In this document: positions 49,400-59,700 of the stretch, in pieces
Layout of the letters: the number at the start of each line of letters is the position of its first letter
Position numbering within the stretch: the first letter of the stretch is position 1
DNA from: Planctomycetota bacterium
Lineage (GTDB): Bacteria > Planctomycetota > Phycisphaerae > Phycisphaerales > Phycisphaeraceae
NCBI GenBank assembly: GCA_039025315.1
Contig: JBCCOP010000001.1
Span: forward strand, 10,201 to 74,200
Length of the DNA stretch: 64,000 nucleotides
Reading direction: 5' to 3'
Notes under the pieces: generated by a model
What the model saw: only the letters and a program-made list of their open reading frames with translations
Databases searched by the model: none
What the model was told of the DNA's origin: nothing
Position numbers and translations under genes: made by a program

Positions 49400-50254
49400 G
49401 TGCTTAAACATCGCCTGCAGTTAATCTGGACCATCGCCGTGCTGTCTGTGGGTGTCAACGCCCGGGGCGGTTCTCCTCAGGATTACCAGGGGGTTGCGGA
49501 GCCGCTGCGGACGGTGACGGTGCGGGCCGAGGCGAGCGGGCGGCTGTTGATGGACCGGATGGTGGCGGAGGGCGCGGTGCTGGCGCGGGGCGAGGTGCTG
49601 GCGGCGCAGGATGCGCGGGAGCAGGCGGGGGTGTTGGCGTTGGCCGAGCTGCAGGCCCGGGACGAGCTGGCGATCCGGCGGGCGGCGGAGACGATCAAAG
49701 AACTGGAGATCCGCTACGAGCAGGCCCAGACGCTGGTGTCACGGGACGCCGGGGCCGAGTGGGAGCTGCGTCAAGCGCGGGTGCAGCTGGAACTGGCGAA
49801 GATCGACGCGGCGATCGCGCGGCGGGAGCAGGAGGCGGCCCGGCTGCGGGAGGCGGTCGAGGCGGAGCGGCTGGCGAAGTTCACGCTGCGGGCCCCGTTC
49901 GACGGGCGGGTGATGAAGTTCGAGGCCTACGGCGGAGCCACCCTCGCGCCGGGCGACCCGGTCGCGGTCTTTGCCGACCTCAGCCGGCTCAAAGTGGAAC
50001 TCTACCTGCCGGTCGAGCGCTACGGCGCGATGCGGGTCGGCGGGGCCTACACGCTCAACGCCGAGTCGCCGGTGAACGACCAACTGGACGCCGAGCTGAC
50101 GTGGATCGACCCGATGATCGACCCGGCGAGCCAGACGTTCCGCTGCGTGTTTGAGATCGCAAATGGCGACAAGCGCCTGCCCTCGGGGTTCCGGGCCTGG
50201 GTGCCCGATGCGGTCGTCGAACGCCGGGCCGCCGCGGAGCGCCGTGATGAGTGA
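49400..50254 (+). CDS. Membrane fusion protein (RND/HlyD periplasmic adaptor)
   Basis: Signal-like N-terminus, lipoyl halves VAEGAVLARGEVL and LRAPFDGRV around an alpha hairpin, IDPMIDPASQTFR, LPSG. Confidence 0.9.
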   Translation: MLKHRLQLIWTIAVLSVGVNARGGSPQDYQGVAEPLRTVTVRAEASGRLLMDRMVAEGAVLARGEVLAAQDAREQAGVLALAELQARDELAIRRAAETIKELEIRYEQAQTLVSRDAGAEWELRQARVQLELAKIDAAIARREQEAARLREAVEAERLAKFTLRAPFDGRVMKFEAYGGATLAPGDPVAVFADLSRLKVELYLPVERYGAMRVGGAYTLNAESPVNDQLDAELTWIDPMIDPASQTFRCVFEIANGDKRLPSGFRAWVPDAVVERRAAAERRDE

Positions 50255-52205
50255 GTCCGAGACCCCGAAAGCCCGCCCGCCGTCCCTGGCGTCGGGCGGC
50301 GCACCGCGTCCGGGACGTCTCTCAGCCGTCGAAGCGTTGGCGGGTTTCGACGGCCCACCGCCGGCGTTTTTGGCCAACCTGATCGCCATGCAGGGGGCGA
50401 TGGTGGGCGCCGACCAAGGCGTCGTGCTGCGGTTTGCCCCCGAGTCCGGGCCGCAGCTGACGGCCAGCTACAACCCGCAGCGTGACCAGCTGCCGCCGTC
50501 CTGGTTGGGGGCGGCGGCCAAGCACGCGCCGCGGGTGTTCGCCACACCCGGCACCACGCTGCTGGAGGCCCGTTCGGGTGAGGCCGCGACGGGTTGGCTC
50601 CTGCTGCTGGCATTGCCCGCGGCCGTGAGCCTGGACCCCGGGGCCGGCCGGTTCATGTCGGCGTTGTGTGTCACCGGAGACGACCGGGCCGCGGCCGAGC
50701 GGGCGGCGCGGGAGCTCGGGTCGACCGTCGCGGTTGTGAAGGCCTACGACGCCCGCTGCGAGGCGGGGCGACGCCAGGACGGGATCGACCGGCTGACCGA
50801 GTCGATCGATCTGCTGGCGGCCCTCGGCGCGAGCCGACGCTTCCGCGAAGCCGCGATGACGCTCTGCAACGAGGTCGCCTCCCGTCACCACGCCCACCGC
50901 GTCAGCCTGGGTTGGTCCCCCCGCGGAAGTCGGGGGCCGTCAGGAGGCGTTGCTACTTCCGGGGGCGGGGGCGGGGTCAAGCTGGTGGCGATGAGCCGGA
51001 CCGAGCGGGTGAACCGGCGAATGAAACTGGTGCAGGACCTCGAGGCGGCGATGGAAGAGACGCACGACCAGGACACCGAGGTGGCCTGGCCGTCGCCTCC
51101 AGAGCTGCCGGTGGTCAGCCGCGACCACGCCGCCCTGACGAAATCCCACGGCAGCAGCCACGTTGTGTCGCTGCCGCTACGTCACGGGACCGCGGGGGTC
51201 GTGGCCGTGCTGGTGGTGGAGTGGTCGGCGGTGGACGGTCGGCCCGAGACCACGCCCGGGCCGGATGTGATCGAACGCCTGCGTCTGCTGGCGGAGCTGG
51301 CCACGCCCCTGCTGGCGGAGCTGCACGACCGCGACCGCTGGCTGCCGGTCAAGGCCCGGGACGCGGCGCGGCGGGGGCTGGGTCACGTGCTGGGCAGCGA
51401 GTACACCTGGGCGAAGCTGGCGGCGGTCGCGCTGCTGGCGGCGGGGCTGTGGATGACGTTGGCCCGGGGCACGGATTACGTGAAGTCGACGTTCGTGACC
51501 GAGGCCACCGAGCGTCAGCTGGTCACCGCGCCGTTCGCGGGCTATCTCGACGCGGTGCACGTCGGGCCGGGCGACCGGGTCGAGGCGGGCGTGTCGGTCC
51601 TGGCCGAGCTGGACACCGCGGAGCTTCGGCTCGAGGCCGCGCGGCTGTCGGCCGAAGAGGCATCGCTGCGGCAGCGGGCGGAGCGGGCGCGCGGCGAGCG
51701 GGACATGGCCGGGGTGCGGGTGGCGTTGGCCGAGGCCGCGGCCGTCGCGGCGCAGGGTGACCTGGTGCGCAGCCAGATCGAGCAGGCGTCGCTGCGTTCG
51801 GGGCTGGCGGGCGTCGTGGTGCGGGGCGACCTGAAGCGGCAGCTGGGGCGGGCGGTCTCCGAGGGCGAGACGCTGTTCGAGGTCGCGCCGCTCGACGCGC
51901 TGCGGGCCGAGCTGTACGTGCCCGAAGCCCGGGCGGGCGAGGTCACGCCGGGGATGCGGGGCGAGCTGGCGACGACCACCTACCCGGACCAGCGGGTGGG
52001 CTTCCGTGTCGTGCGGATCGAGCCGGCGGCGCGGGTCGAACAGGGACGCAACGTCTTCGCGGTCGAGGTCGAGCTGGACCGCCAGCCCGGCTGGATGCGG
52101 CCGGGTATGACCGGCGCGGCGCGGATCACGGCCGGCGAGGACCGCTACCTCACGCTCTGGACCCGCGACGCGGTGAACTGGCTGCGCATGAAACTCTGGC
52201 TCTAA
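50247..52205 (+). CDS. GAF-like domains + TM + HlyD-type adaptor fusion
   Basis: EAAMEETHDQ, VVSLPLR..VVAVLVVE (GAF-like); TM; VTAPFAGYL..V.PGDRV, GETLFEVAPL, MRPGMTG; 8-bp overlap with the previous gene. Confidence 0.85.
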   Translation: MSESETPKARPPSLASGGAPRPGRLSAVEALAGFDGPPPAFLANLIAMQGAMVGADQGVVLRFAPESGPQLTASYNPQRDQLPPSWLGAAAKHAPRVFATPGTTLLEARSGEAATGWLLLLALPAAVSLDPGAGRFMSALCVTGDDRAAAERAARELGSTVAVVKAYDARCEAGRRQDGIDRLTESIDLLAALGASRRFREAAMTLCNEVASRHHAHRVSLGWSPRGSRGPSGGVATSGGGGGVKLVAMSRTERVNRRMKLVQDLEAAMEETHDQDTEVAWPSPPELPVVSRDHAALTKSHGSSHVVSLPLRHGTAGVVAVLVVEWSAVDGRPETTPGPDVIERLRLLAELATPLLAELHDRDRWLPVKARDAARRGLGHVLGSEYTWAKLAAVALLAAGLWMTLARGTDYVKSTFVTEATERQLVTAPFAGYLDAVHVGPGDRVEAGVSVLAELDTAELRLEAARLSAEEASLRQRAERARGERDMAGVRVALAEAAAVAAQGDLVRSQIEQASLRSGLAGVVVRGDLKRQLGRAVSEGETLFEVAPLDALRAELYVPEARAGEVTPGMRGELATTTYPDQRVGFRVVRIEPAARVEQGRNVFAVEVELDRQPGWMRPGMTGAARITAGEDRYLTLWTRDAVNWLRMKLWL

Positions 52206-52215
52206 TCGAACCGCC

Positions 52216-54459
52216 TTGGCCTTCGACCGACCCACCTACGACGAGTCCTGGCACCGCGTGGCCGACACCCGGCCCCGCCTGCGGCCGACGGTCCAGGCGG
52301 TCCGCCAAACCTTCCGGGGCCGGACGTGGCACGTGCTCCTGGACCCGGGCAACAACCAGCACTTCCGCGTCAGCGCCGCCGGCCACCGCTTCGTCGGCAT
52401 GCTCGACGGCCGACGCACCGTGCAAGACGTCTGGGAGGCCGTCGGGAACCAGCTCGGCGACGAGGCGCCGACCCAGGGCGAAGCGTTGAAATTGTTGGGC
52501 CAGCTGCACACCAGCAACCTGCTCGACCGTGACCTGCCGCCCGACGCCCGGCGGATGTTCGAGCGGCGGCAGAAACGGGTCCGTAAGGAGGTCGGCGGCT
52601 ACTTCAAGAACATCCTCTTCGCCCGGGTGCCGATCTGGGACCCCGACCGCTTCCTCAACCGCTGGTCGCCCGCGGTGGACTGGGTCTTCGGCCCGGTGGG
52701 CGTCGTGCTGTGGGTCGTGTTGATCGGCGTCGGCGTGTGGTCGGTTCTGGGCCGCGGCGACGAGCTGTGGAGCCAGGGCGGCAACGTCCTGTCCCCCGCC
52801 AACCTGCCCTGGCTCTACGCCTGCTTCGTCGGGATCAAGGCGTTGCACGAGCTGGGCCACGCCTTCGCGTGCAAGCGCTTCGGCCGACAGCGGCACGGCC
52901 GGGGCGAGGTCCACACCGTCGGCATCATGCTCATGGTGCTCACCCCCGTGCCCTACGTCGACGCGACCAGCGCGTGGGCCCTGCCCAGCAAGTGGCAGCG
53001 GGCGTTCGTCGGCGCGGCGGGGATGTACGCCGAGCTGGCGGTCGCCGCCGCCGCCGCCGTCGTCTGGTCGCAGACCGCCGAGGGCACCCTCGCCCACGGG
53101 CTGGCCTACAACCTCATCTTCATCGCCGGCGTCTCGACGATCCTGTTCAACGCCAATCCGCTGATCAAGTTCGACGGCTACTACATCCTGTCGGACCTGA
53201 TCGAGATGCCGAACCTCAACCAGCGTTCGACCCGGTACCTGACGTACCTCGTGCGGCGTTACGTCTACGGGGTTCGCCAGCTGCTCAACCCCGCGCACCT
53301 GCGCAGCGAGAAACTCGTGTTCGTGGTCTACGGGCTGGCGGCCCTGGCGTACCGGATCTTCCTCGGCGTCGTGATCGTGATGTTCGTCGCCGACAAGCTG
53401 TTCTTCGTCGGGGCGTTGCTGGCGATCATGGCCGTCGTCGGCTACGTGGTCGTGCCCGCGTCGAAGCTGCTGCACTACGTCACGGCGTCGGCCGAGCCGG
53501 CCCGGGTCCGCGGCCGCGCGGTCCTGGCGACGCTCGCCATGGCGGGCGTGCCGGTGGCGTTGCTGGCGCTGGTGCCCGTGCCCGATCGGCCCCGCGCCTC
53601 GGGGGTGTTGGAGGCGCGGCAGCGGGTGGTGGTCCACGCCGAAGCCGGCGGGAAGCTCACGCATCTCGCGCCGACGGGGGCGGCGGTCGCGGCGGGCGAT
53701 GTGTTGTTCCGGGCCGAGTCGCCGCAGCTCGAGGCCCGCGTCCGGGAGCTGGAGGCCCGGCAGCAGGCCCTGCGGATGCGCTACCAGCAGGCGATCACCG
53801 GCGAACCCAGCGAGCAGCAGGTACTCATCCGCCAGATCGCGGCGACGCAGGAAATGCTCGACCGCGCCCGGCAAGACCGCGACGCGCTCACCGCCCACGC
53901 CCCCTTCGCCGGCGTCTGGACCGCCGACCTCGACGACGACGTGAGGGGCCATCACTTACAGCGTGGCGACACCGTCGGGGTGCTCCGTCGCGTCGGCGAC
54001 CCGGTGGTGCGGGTGGCGGCCGACCAGTTCGAGGGCCCGCGTTTGGCCGCGGCCGACGACCGGGTCGAAGTCCGCCTCGCCGGCCGACCCGACACCCACT
54101 TCCGGGGGCGGGTGGTCGAGGCGCTGCCCGCCGGCCAGCGCCGGCTGCCGTCCGCCGCGCTGGGTCAGCCCGCCGGCGGCCCGATCGCGGTCGACCCGGC
54201 CGACACCGAGGGCCGCCTCGCGGTCGAGCCGTTCTTCGCGTTCCGCGTCGACCCGGTGGGTGCTGACCCGCTCGACGCAACCGGGCGGCCGATCACCGCC
54301 TACCGCCTGGCCGACCACCAGCGCCTGGTCGTCCGCTTCGAGCTGCCGCCCCGGCCGCTGCTGTCCCAGTGGGTCCGGCGGGCCCGCCAGGCGTTGCAGC
54401 AGCGGTTCCAGGTCCCGGCCGACCCCGACGCCCCGATCCTGGAGGGGCTCGCGCTGTGA
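52216..54459 (+). CDS. PqqD/RRE-like domain + M50 site-2 metalloprotease + HlyD-type adaptor fusion
   Basis: PTYDESWHRVA..RPRLR, LDP.NNQHFRV..LDGRRTVQD winged helix, LHELGH (HExxH), FNANPLIKFDGYYIL, several TMs, lipoyl/hairpin C-terminus; TTG start. Confidence 0.88.
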   Translation: MAFDRPTYDESWHRVADTRPRLRPTVQAVRQTFRGRTWHVLLDPGNNQHFRVSAAGHRFVGMLDGRRTVQDVWEAVGNQLGDEAPTQGEALKLLGQLHTSNLLDRDLPPDARRMFERRQKRVRKEVGGYFKNILFARVPIWDPDRFLNRWSPAVDWVFGPVGVVLWVVLIGVGVWSVLGRGDELWSQGGNVLSPANLPWLYACFVGIKALHELGHAFACKRFGRQRHGRGEVHTVGIMLMVLTPVPYVDATSAWALPSKWQRAFVGAAGMYAELAVAAAAAVVWSQTAEGTLAHGLAYNLIFIAGVSTILFNANPLIKFDGYYILSDLIEMPNLNQRSTRYLTYLVRRYVYGVRQLLNPAHLRSEKLVFVVYGLAALAYRIFLGVVIVMFVADKLFFVGALLAIMAVVGYVVVPASKLLHYVTASAEPARVRGRAVLATLAMAGVPVALLALVPVPDRPRASGVLEARQRVVVHAEAGGKLTHLAPTGAAVAAGDVLFRAESPQLEARVRELEARQQALRMRYQQAITGEPSEQQVLIRQIAATQEMLDRARQDRDALTAHAPFAGVWTADLDDDVRGHHLQRGDTVGVLRRVGDPVVRVAADQFEGPRLAAADDRVEVRLAGRPDTHFRGRVVEALPAGQRRLPSAALGQPAGGPIAVDPADTEGRLAVEPFFAFRVDPVGADPLDATGRPITAYRLADHQRLVVRFELPPRPLLSQWVRRARQALQQRFQVPADPDAPILEGLAL

Positions 54460-56531
54460 GCTCCATCCACACCCAGAACCCGTGGGGGGCAGATGACACC
54501 CGGGTTGCCGAGCGGCAGGCGGCACCATCGGCCGCCGCGGTCTGGGCCGAGCGACAGCGGTGGCGCGACGACGCGTCGCGCCCCGAGCCCGGCAAGCCGC
54601 TACGCCACGCCGACGCGGCCTACGACTGGTTCGCGTCGCGGTTCGCGACCCTGCGTTCGCCGACCCGGCGTTACCTGCGGCTGGCCGAGCGGGTGCTAAC
54701 GCTCGAGCCGACGCTACGTGACCGCAGCGCGTCCGGGCTGTCCGCAGAAGTCGAAGAGATGCGAGCGTCCGCCCGCACGGGCCGCCTGAGCCAAGCGTTC
54801 GAGCGGGTGCGGGCCCTGGCCGTCGTCCGCGAAGCGGCCCGACGCGCCTGGGGGTTGAGCGCCTACCGCGAACAGGTCGCCGGCGCTTACGCGCTGCTCG
54901 ACGGCCGCCTCACCGAGATGGCCACCGGCGAGGGCAAGACCCTCGTGGCCGCGCTCGCCGCGGCGGTGACCGGCGGGCGGGGACGAGGTTGCCACGTCGT
55001 GACCGTCAACGACTACCTTGCGCAGCGCGACGCCGAGTGGGCCGAGCCGTTCTTCGAGCTCTGCGGCCTACGCGTCGGCTACGTCGTCAACGACACCGCC
55101 CCCCCCGACCGGGCCGCCGCCTACGCCGCCGACGTGACCTACACCACCCACCAGAACGCCGCGGCCGACTTCCTGCGGGACCAGCTCGCCGACCGAGCCC
55201 GGGGCCAACGCCGCGGCCCGGGCCTGCCCGGCACCCTCGCCCGGCGGTTGGCGTCGGGCTCCCCGGCTCCCGACCCGGCCGGGGGGCGGGTCATGCGCGG
55301 CCTCGAGGTCGCGCTGATCGACGAGGCCGACTCGGTCCTGCTCGACGAGGCGGTCACCCCGCTGATCATCTCCGGGTCATCCGACGATCCCGAACGGGCC
55401 GAAGCCTTCGCCGCCGCCGCCGAGTTGGCCCCGCAACTCGAACCCGGCCGGGACTTCCGCCTCGACCCGCGCCACCGCGACCTCCGCCTCACCCCGCAAG
55501 GCGAGCGCCGGATCGACACCCTCTGCGACGCCACGCCCGGCCCCCTGCAGAACAAGTTCCGGGGGCGGTTCCGGCAAGAGATGCTGCACCAGGCACTCAC
55601 CGCCCGCCACCTCTTCCTCCGCGGCGACCAGTACGTCGTCCGGGACGGCAAGGTCGTCATCGTCGACTCCGCCACCGGCCGGCTCATGCCCGACCGCACC
55701 TGGCGGGCGGGCTTGCACCAGGCCGTCGAAGCCAAAGAACAGGTCGAAATCCAGGGCGTCAAGCAGACCCTCGCCTCGATCAGCTTCCAGCGCTTCTTCC
55801 GCCGCTACCGCCACCTCGCCGGGATGACCGGCACCGCCTGGAGCGACCGGGCCGAGCTGTGGCGGACTTACCGCCTCCGCACCGTCCGCGTCCCGACCCA
55901 CCGGCCCTGCCGCCGCCGCCACGTCCGCACCAAGCCCCACCGCCGACCCGACGACAAGTGGGACGCCGTCGTCCGGGCGACCCGCCGACACCGCGACAAC
56001 GGCCAACCCGTGCTCATCGGCACCCGCAGCGTCGAAGACAGCGAGACCCTCAGCCGACGCCTGACCGCCGCCGGCTTGGCCCACGACGTGCTCAACGCCC
56101 ACGCCCATGAACGCGAAGCCGCCATCGTCGCCGACGCCGGCCAGCCGGGCAGTATCACCGTCGCCACCAACATGGCCGGCCGCGGCACCGACATCAAGCT
56201 CGGCCCCGGCGTCGCCGACCGCGGCGGGCTCGTCGTCATCGCCACCGACCGCCACGACTCGCCCCGCGTCGACCGACAGCTCCACGGCCGCGCCGCCCGC
56301 CAGGGCGACCCCGGCACCGCGATGACCTTCACCAGCCTCGAAGACCCGCTGCTTCAGCGCTACGCCCGCCTTGCCGCCCGTGTCCTGCGCGTCCCGCTGC
56401 CGCTCACCCCGGCCCCCGTCGCACGCCTGCTCTTCCGCTTCGCCCAATTAAGCGCCGCCCGGGCCGCCGCCCACCAACGCCGCCAGGTTCAACTCCGAGA
56501 CGAACAGGTTGCCGAGCAAACGGGCTTTTGA
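54456..56531 (+). CDS. Secondary SecA-like DEAD ATPase, C-terminally truncated
   Basis: EMATGEGKT, HVVTVNDYLAQRD, IDEADSVLLDEA.TPLIISG, GLHQAVEAKE, GMTGTA, VATNMAGRGTDI, RVDRQLHGRAARQGDPG; about 690 aa; GTGA overlap, GGAGG RBS. Confidence 0.92.
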   Translation: MSSIHTQNPWGADDTRVAERQAAPSAAAVWAERQRWRDDASRPEPGKPLRHADAAYDWFASRFATLRSPTRRYLRLAERVLTLEPTLRDRSASGLSAEVEEMRASARTGRLSQAFERVRALAVVREAARRAWGLSAYREQVAGAYALLDGRLTEMATGEGKTLVAALAAAVTGGRGRGCHVVTVNDYLAQRDAEWAEPFFELCGLRVGYVVNDTAPPDRAAAYAADVTYTTHQNAAADFLRDQLADRARGQRRGPGLPGTLARRLASGSPAPDPAGGRVMRGLEVALIDEADSVLLDEAVTPLIISGSSDDPERAEAFAAAAELAPQLEPGRDFRLDPRHRDLRLTPQGERRIDTLCDATPGPLQNKFRGRFRQEMLHQALTARHLFLRGDQYVVRDGKVVIVDSATGRLMPDRTWRAGLHQAVEAKEQVEIQGVKQTLASISFQRFFRRYRHLAGMTGTAWSDRAELWRTYRLRTVRVPTHRPCRRRHVRTKPHRRPDDKWDAVVRATRRHRDNGQPVLIGTRSVEDSETLSRRLTAAGLAHDVLNAHAHEREAAIVADAGQPGSITVATNMAGRGTDIKLGPGVADRGGLVVIATDRHDSPRVDRQLHGRAARQGDPGTAMTFTSLEDPLLQRYARLAARVLRVPLPLTPAPVARLLFRFAQLSAARAAAHQRRQVQLRDEQVAEQTGF

Positions 56532-56705
56532 TGATTAGCAGATCCGCAACGCGTACTTATCGGAACTTGCGCTGTTGAGATAGCAGTCAAAAACTCTCTC
56601 GTTAATCTACTAAAGAGCAGGATTAAATCTTGTTTTAGATCGATGGATCTCGGGTGTTTCGGGTGAACTAAATCGATCGTAAAGAGTTGTTCCGGGAAAC
56701 ATCTT

Positions 56706-59700
56706 ATGCCGCGTTGGTTGAAGTCCCTGTGTCACCGGGCTGTTCTTTATGTAAACCAAGAGGCTCGCCTTAGCCGGTGCCACGCAACGGCTCGGCGAAC
56801 GGCGCGTGCCGAAGCGGCCGCGCCGCCTTTTGAAGCGCTCGAACCGCGGGTGCTGCTGTCGAGCACGCTCGTCAACGGCCTGCAGAGTCATTGGCAGCTC
56901 GACGACGGCCCCGGCGTGACCGCGGTCGATGCGGCGGGCACGAACGACCTCGATCTGCAGAACGGGGCGGCGTTCGATCCGGCGGCCGGCCGCTTGGACG
57001 GGGCGCTCAGTTTCGACGGGGTGGACGACAAAGCTGAGGCGGGTGATACGCTCGACCCGTTCGCCGGCGACTACAGCGTCAGCCTGTGGTTCAAGCGTCC
57101 CGCGGGCGGCACCGTCACGAGCGATCAGTTCCTGATCTCCAAAGGCAACCGCTACTCGACCCGTGAGGGCTGGTCGATCAATATCTCCGACAGCACCCAG
57201 GAAATCCGCCTGCGGGTGAACTCCAGCGACGACAGCTCGCAGCGGGCCTCGACCGAGGTCGATCTGCCCCTCGACGACCAGTGGCACCACCTGACGATGG
57301 TCGTCGACCGCACCGAGGGCCGGGTCATCGGCTATCTGGACGGCAGCAACGCGGGCTGGCGCTCCGGGGGCGGGGGGCCGAGCAGTTCGAGTCTGTCGAA
57401 TGTCACCGACATCGACACCGACGACCCGCTGACACTCGGGGCGGTGCGCGACGGGGCCAACACCTACCACAACTTCGAGGGTGTGCTGGACGACGTGCGG
57501 GTCTACGACCGGGTCTTGACCGAAGCCGAAGCCTTCTCCCTCGCCCACCCCCCGGACCTTGAAAACGGACTATTGGCCCACTACCGGGCGGACGAGTCCT
57601 CCGGCACGACCGCGGCCGACGAACTCGGCGGCAACGACCTGTCGCTCATCAACGGCACGACGTTCGACCCCACCGGCGGGCGTCTGGACGGGGCCTTGGG
57701 CTTCGACGGCGTGGACGACAGGGCCGAGCTTTCCGGGGGCGGGGCCGGGGGCGGGGACGTGTTCGACCCCGGCACGGGCGACTTCACCGCCAGCCTGTGG
57801 TTCAAGCGTCCGCAGGGCGGAGCCTTGCAAAGCGACCAGGTGCTGATCTCCAAGGGCAACCGCTACTCGACCCGCGCGGGCTGGTCCGTCAACTTCTCCG
57901 ACGCGACCAACGAAATCCGCTTCCGGGTCAATTCGAGCGACGACAGCTCCGAGCGGGCCTCGATCGAGGTGGACGTGCCCCAGGACGACGCGTGGCACCA
58001 CCTCGTGGTGACCATCGACCACGCCACGAACAAACTCGTGGGCTATCTGGATGGCGACAGCAGCGTGTGGCGCTCCGGCGGCGGCGGGCCGAGCAGTTCC
58101 AGCCTCAGCAGCATCACCGACATCGACACGGACGACCCGTTCACCCTCGGGGCCGTCCGCGACGGCGCGAACACCTACTACGAATTCAAGGGGCTGGTCG
58201 ACGAGGTCCGCCTCTACGACCGCGTCCTGACCGGTGTCGAGATCGCGGCGTTGGGCGATCCGGCCGCCACGCCGCAGACCAGCGTCCAGATCGCGGGGCC
58301 GGCCGAGGTCGAAGCCCACACGAGCTACGTCCTCGACCTGAGCGTCGAGGACGCCGACCCGGACAACCCGATCGACGAATGGGTCATCGACTGGGGCGAC
58401 GGCACCGCCCCGGAAGTCGTCGTCGGCAGCCCCACCTCGGTCACCCACGTCTACGAGGTCCCGCGCGAGACCAACGCCCTCATCACCGCCGCGGCGAACG
58501 CCATCGCCGGCGACGGCACCGTGACGACCTACACGGCCGAGGCCTCGATCGCCCTGTTGGTCACCCCCTCGGCCGTGGTGGACACCGACGGGGACGGCCT
58601 CGTGGACCTCGGCGAGCAGCAAGCGGGCACCGACCCCGAAAACGTGGACACCGACGGCGACCAGTTCCAGGACGGCTTCGAGGTCGAGAACTACTTCCCC
58701 GAGATCGGCCTGTTCAACCCGCTCGTGGCGGATGACCCCAACGCCGACCACGACAACGACCGGCTGAGCAACATCGACGAGGTGTTGGTCCACGGCACCA
58801 ACCCGTCGAGCAACCTCGACACCGACGGCGACAGCCTCAGCGACGACTGGGAAGTCGTCCACGGCCTCGACCCGCTGGTGAGCGACGGCTCGTACGACTA
58901 CGACGTGACCCTCGGGGAATACGTCAAGAACTATGCCGATACGGACGGCGACGGCATCAACACCCTCGACGAATACGTCTACGGCCTCGACCCCAACGCC
59001 TTCAACGAGGACCTGTTCACCCCCGCGACGCAACCGCCCCTGCAAACCTTCGGCGTGAGCGCGTTTTCGTCGACCTCCGCGACGAAAGCCCTTGTCAACC
59101 TCTGGGCCACGATCGGCGATTGGAGTCCTAGCGAAGACGAGTTGTGGGAGATGGTCATCACTTCCGTGAGTACGGGTATTCAGAGGATCGTCTCCGCGCC
59201 GAACAAGACGGACACCATCCCCGAACTCGTCCGCCTCGTCCCCGGCGAGTACACGGTCAACATCAACTTCAAGGGCCCGGGCAGCGCCAGCGGCGCGTAC
59301 GGCTACGACTACCGCGGCGTCCTCCAGGACAACCCGGGGACGCCCTGGGGCGGGGCCTACAACCACTTGTCGGGCAAGGGTTACGCCATCACCGGCAACG
59401 ACGGCCTGCTCGCCGACCGGGTCAACGGCAGCGGCGACAACAACGCGGCCGACAAGACCGCCTATCTGCGTATCGATCCCATCCAACTCGACCAACTGAC
59501 CGTTTCCGACAGCCGCAACGAACTGCGTCAGGGCAGCGACAGCGCAGACGGATCGAGCACCCCCGTGGTCATCCCGTTGGACAAGGACGGAAACGCGACG
59601 ATCCAAGTAGAAGGCCTGGTTGACCTGAGCGGCTTCCCCGCCGGCTCGGAAGCCGACGCGGCAACCATCAAGTACGAGCTTCGAGACGCCACGGGCACAC

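Noticed and set aside
54456-56531. Housekeeping secA
   Set aside because: Too short, lacks the C-terminal domains, and sits in an accessory operon, so no gene symbol was assigned.
56605-56640. AT-rich hairpin between secA2 and the giant ORF as a terminator
   Set aside because: The stem depends on several G-U pairs and a bulge; too weak to call.
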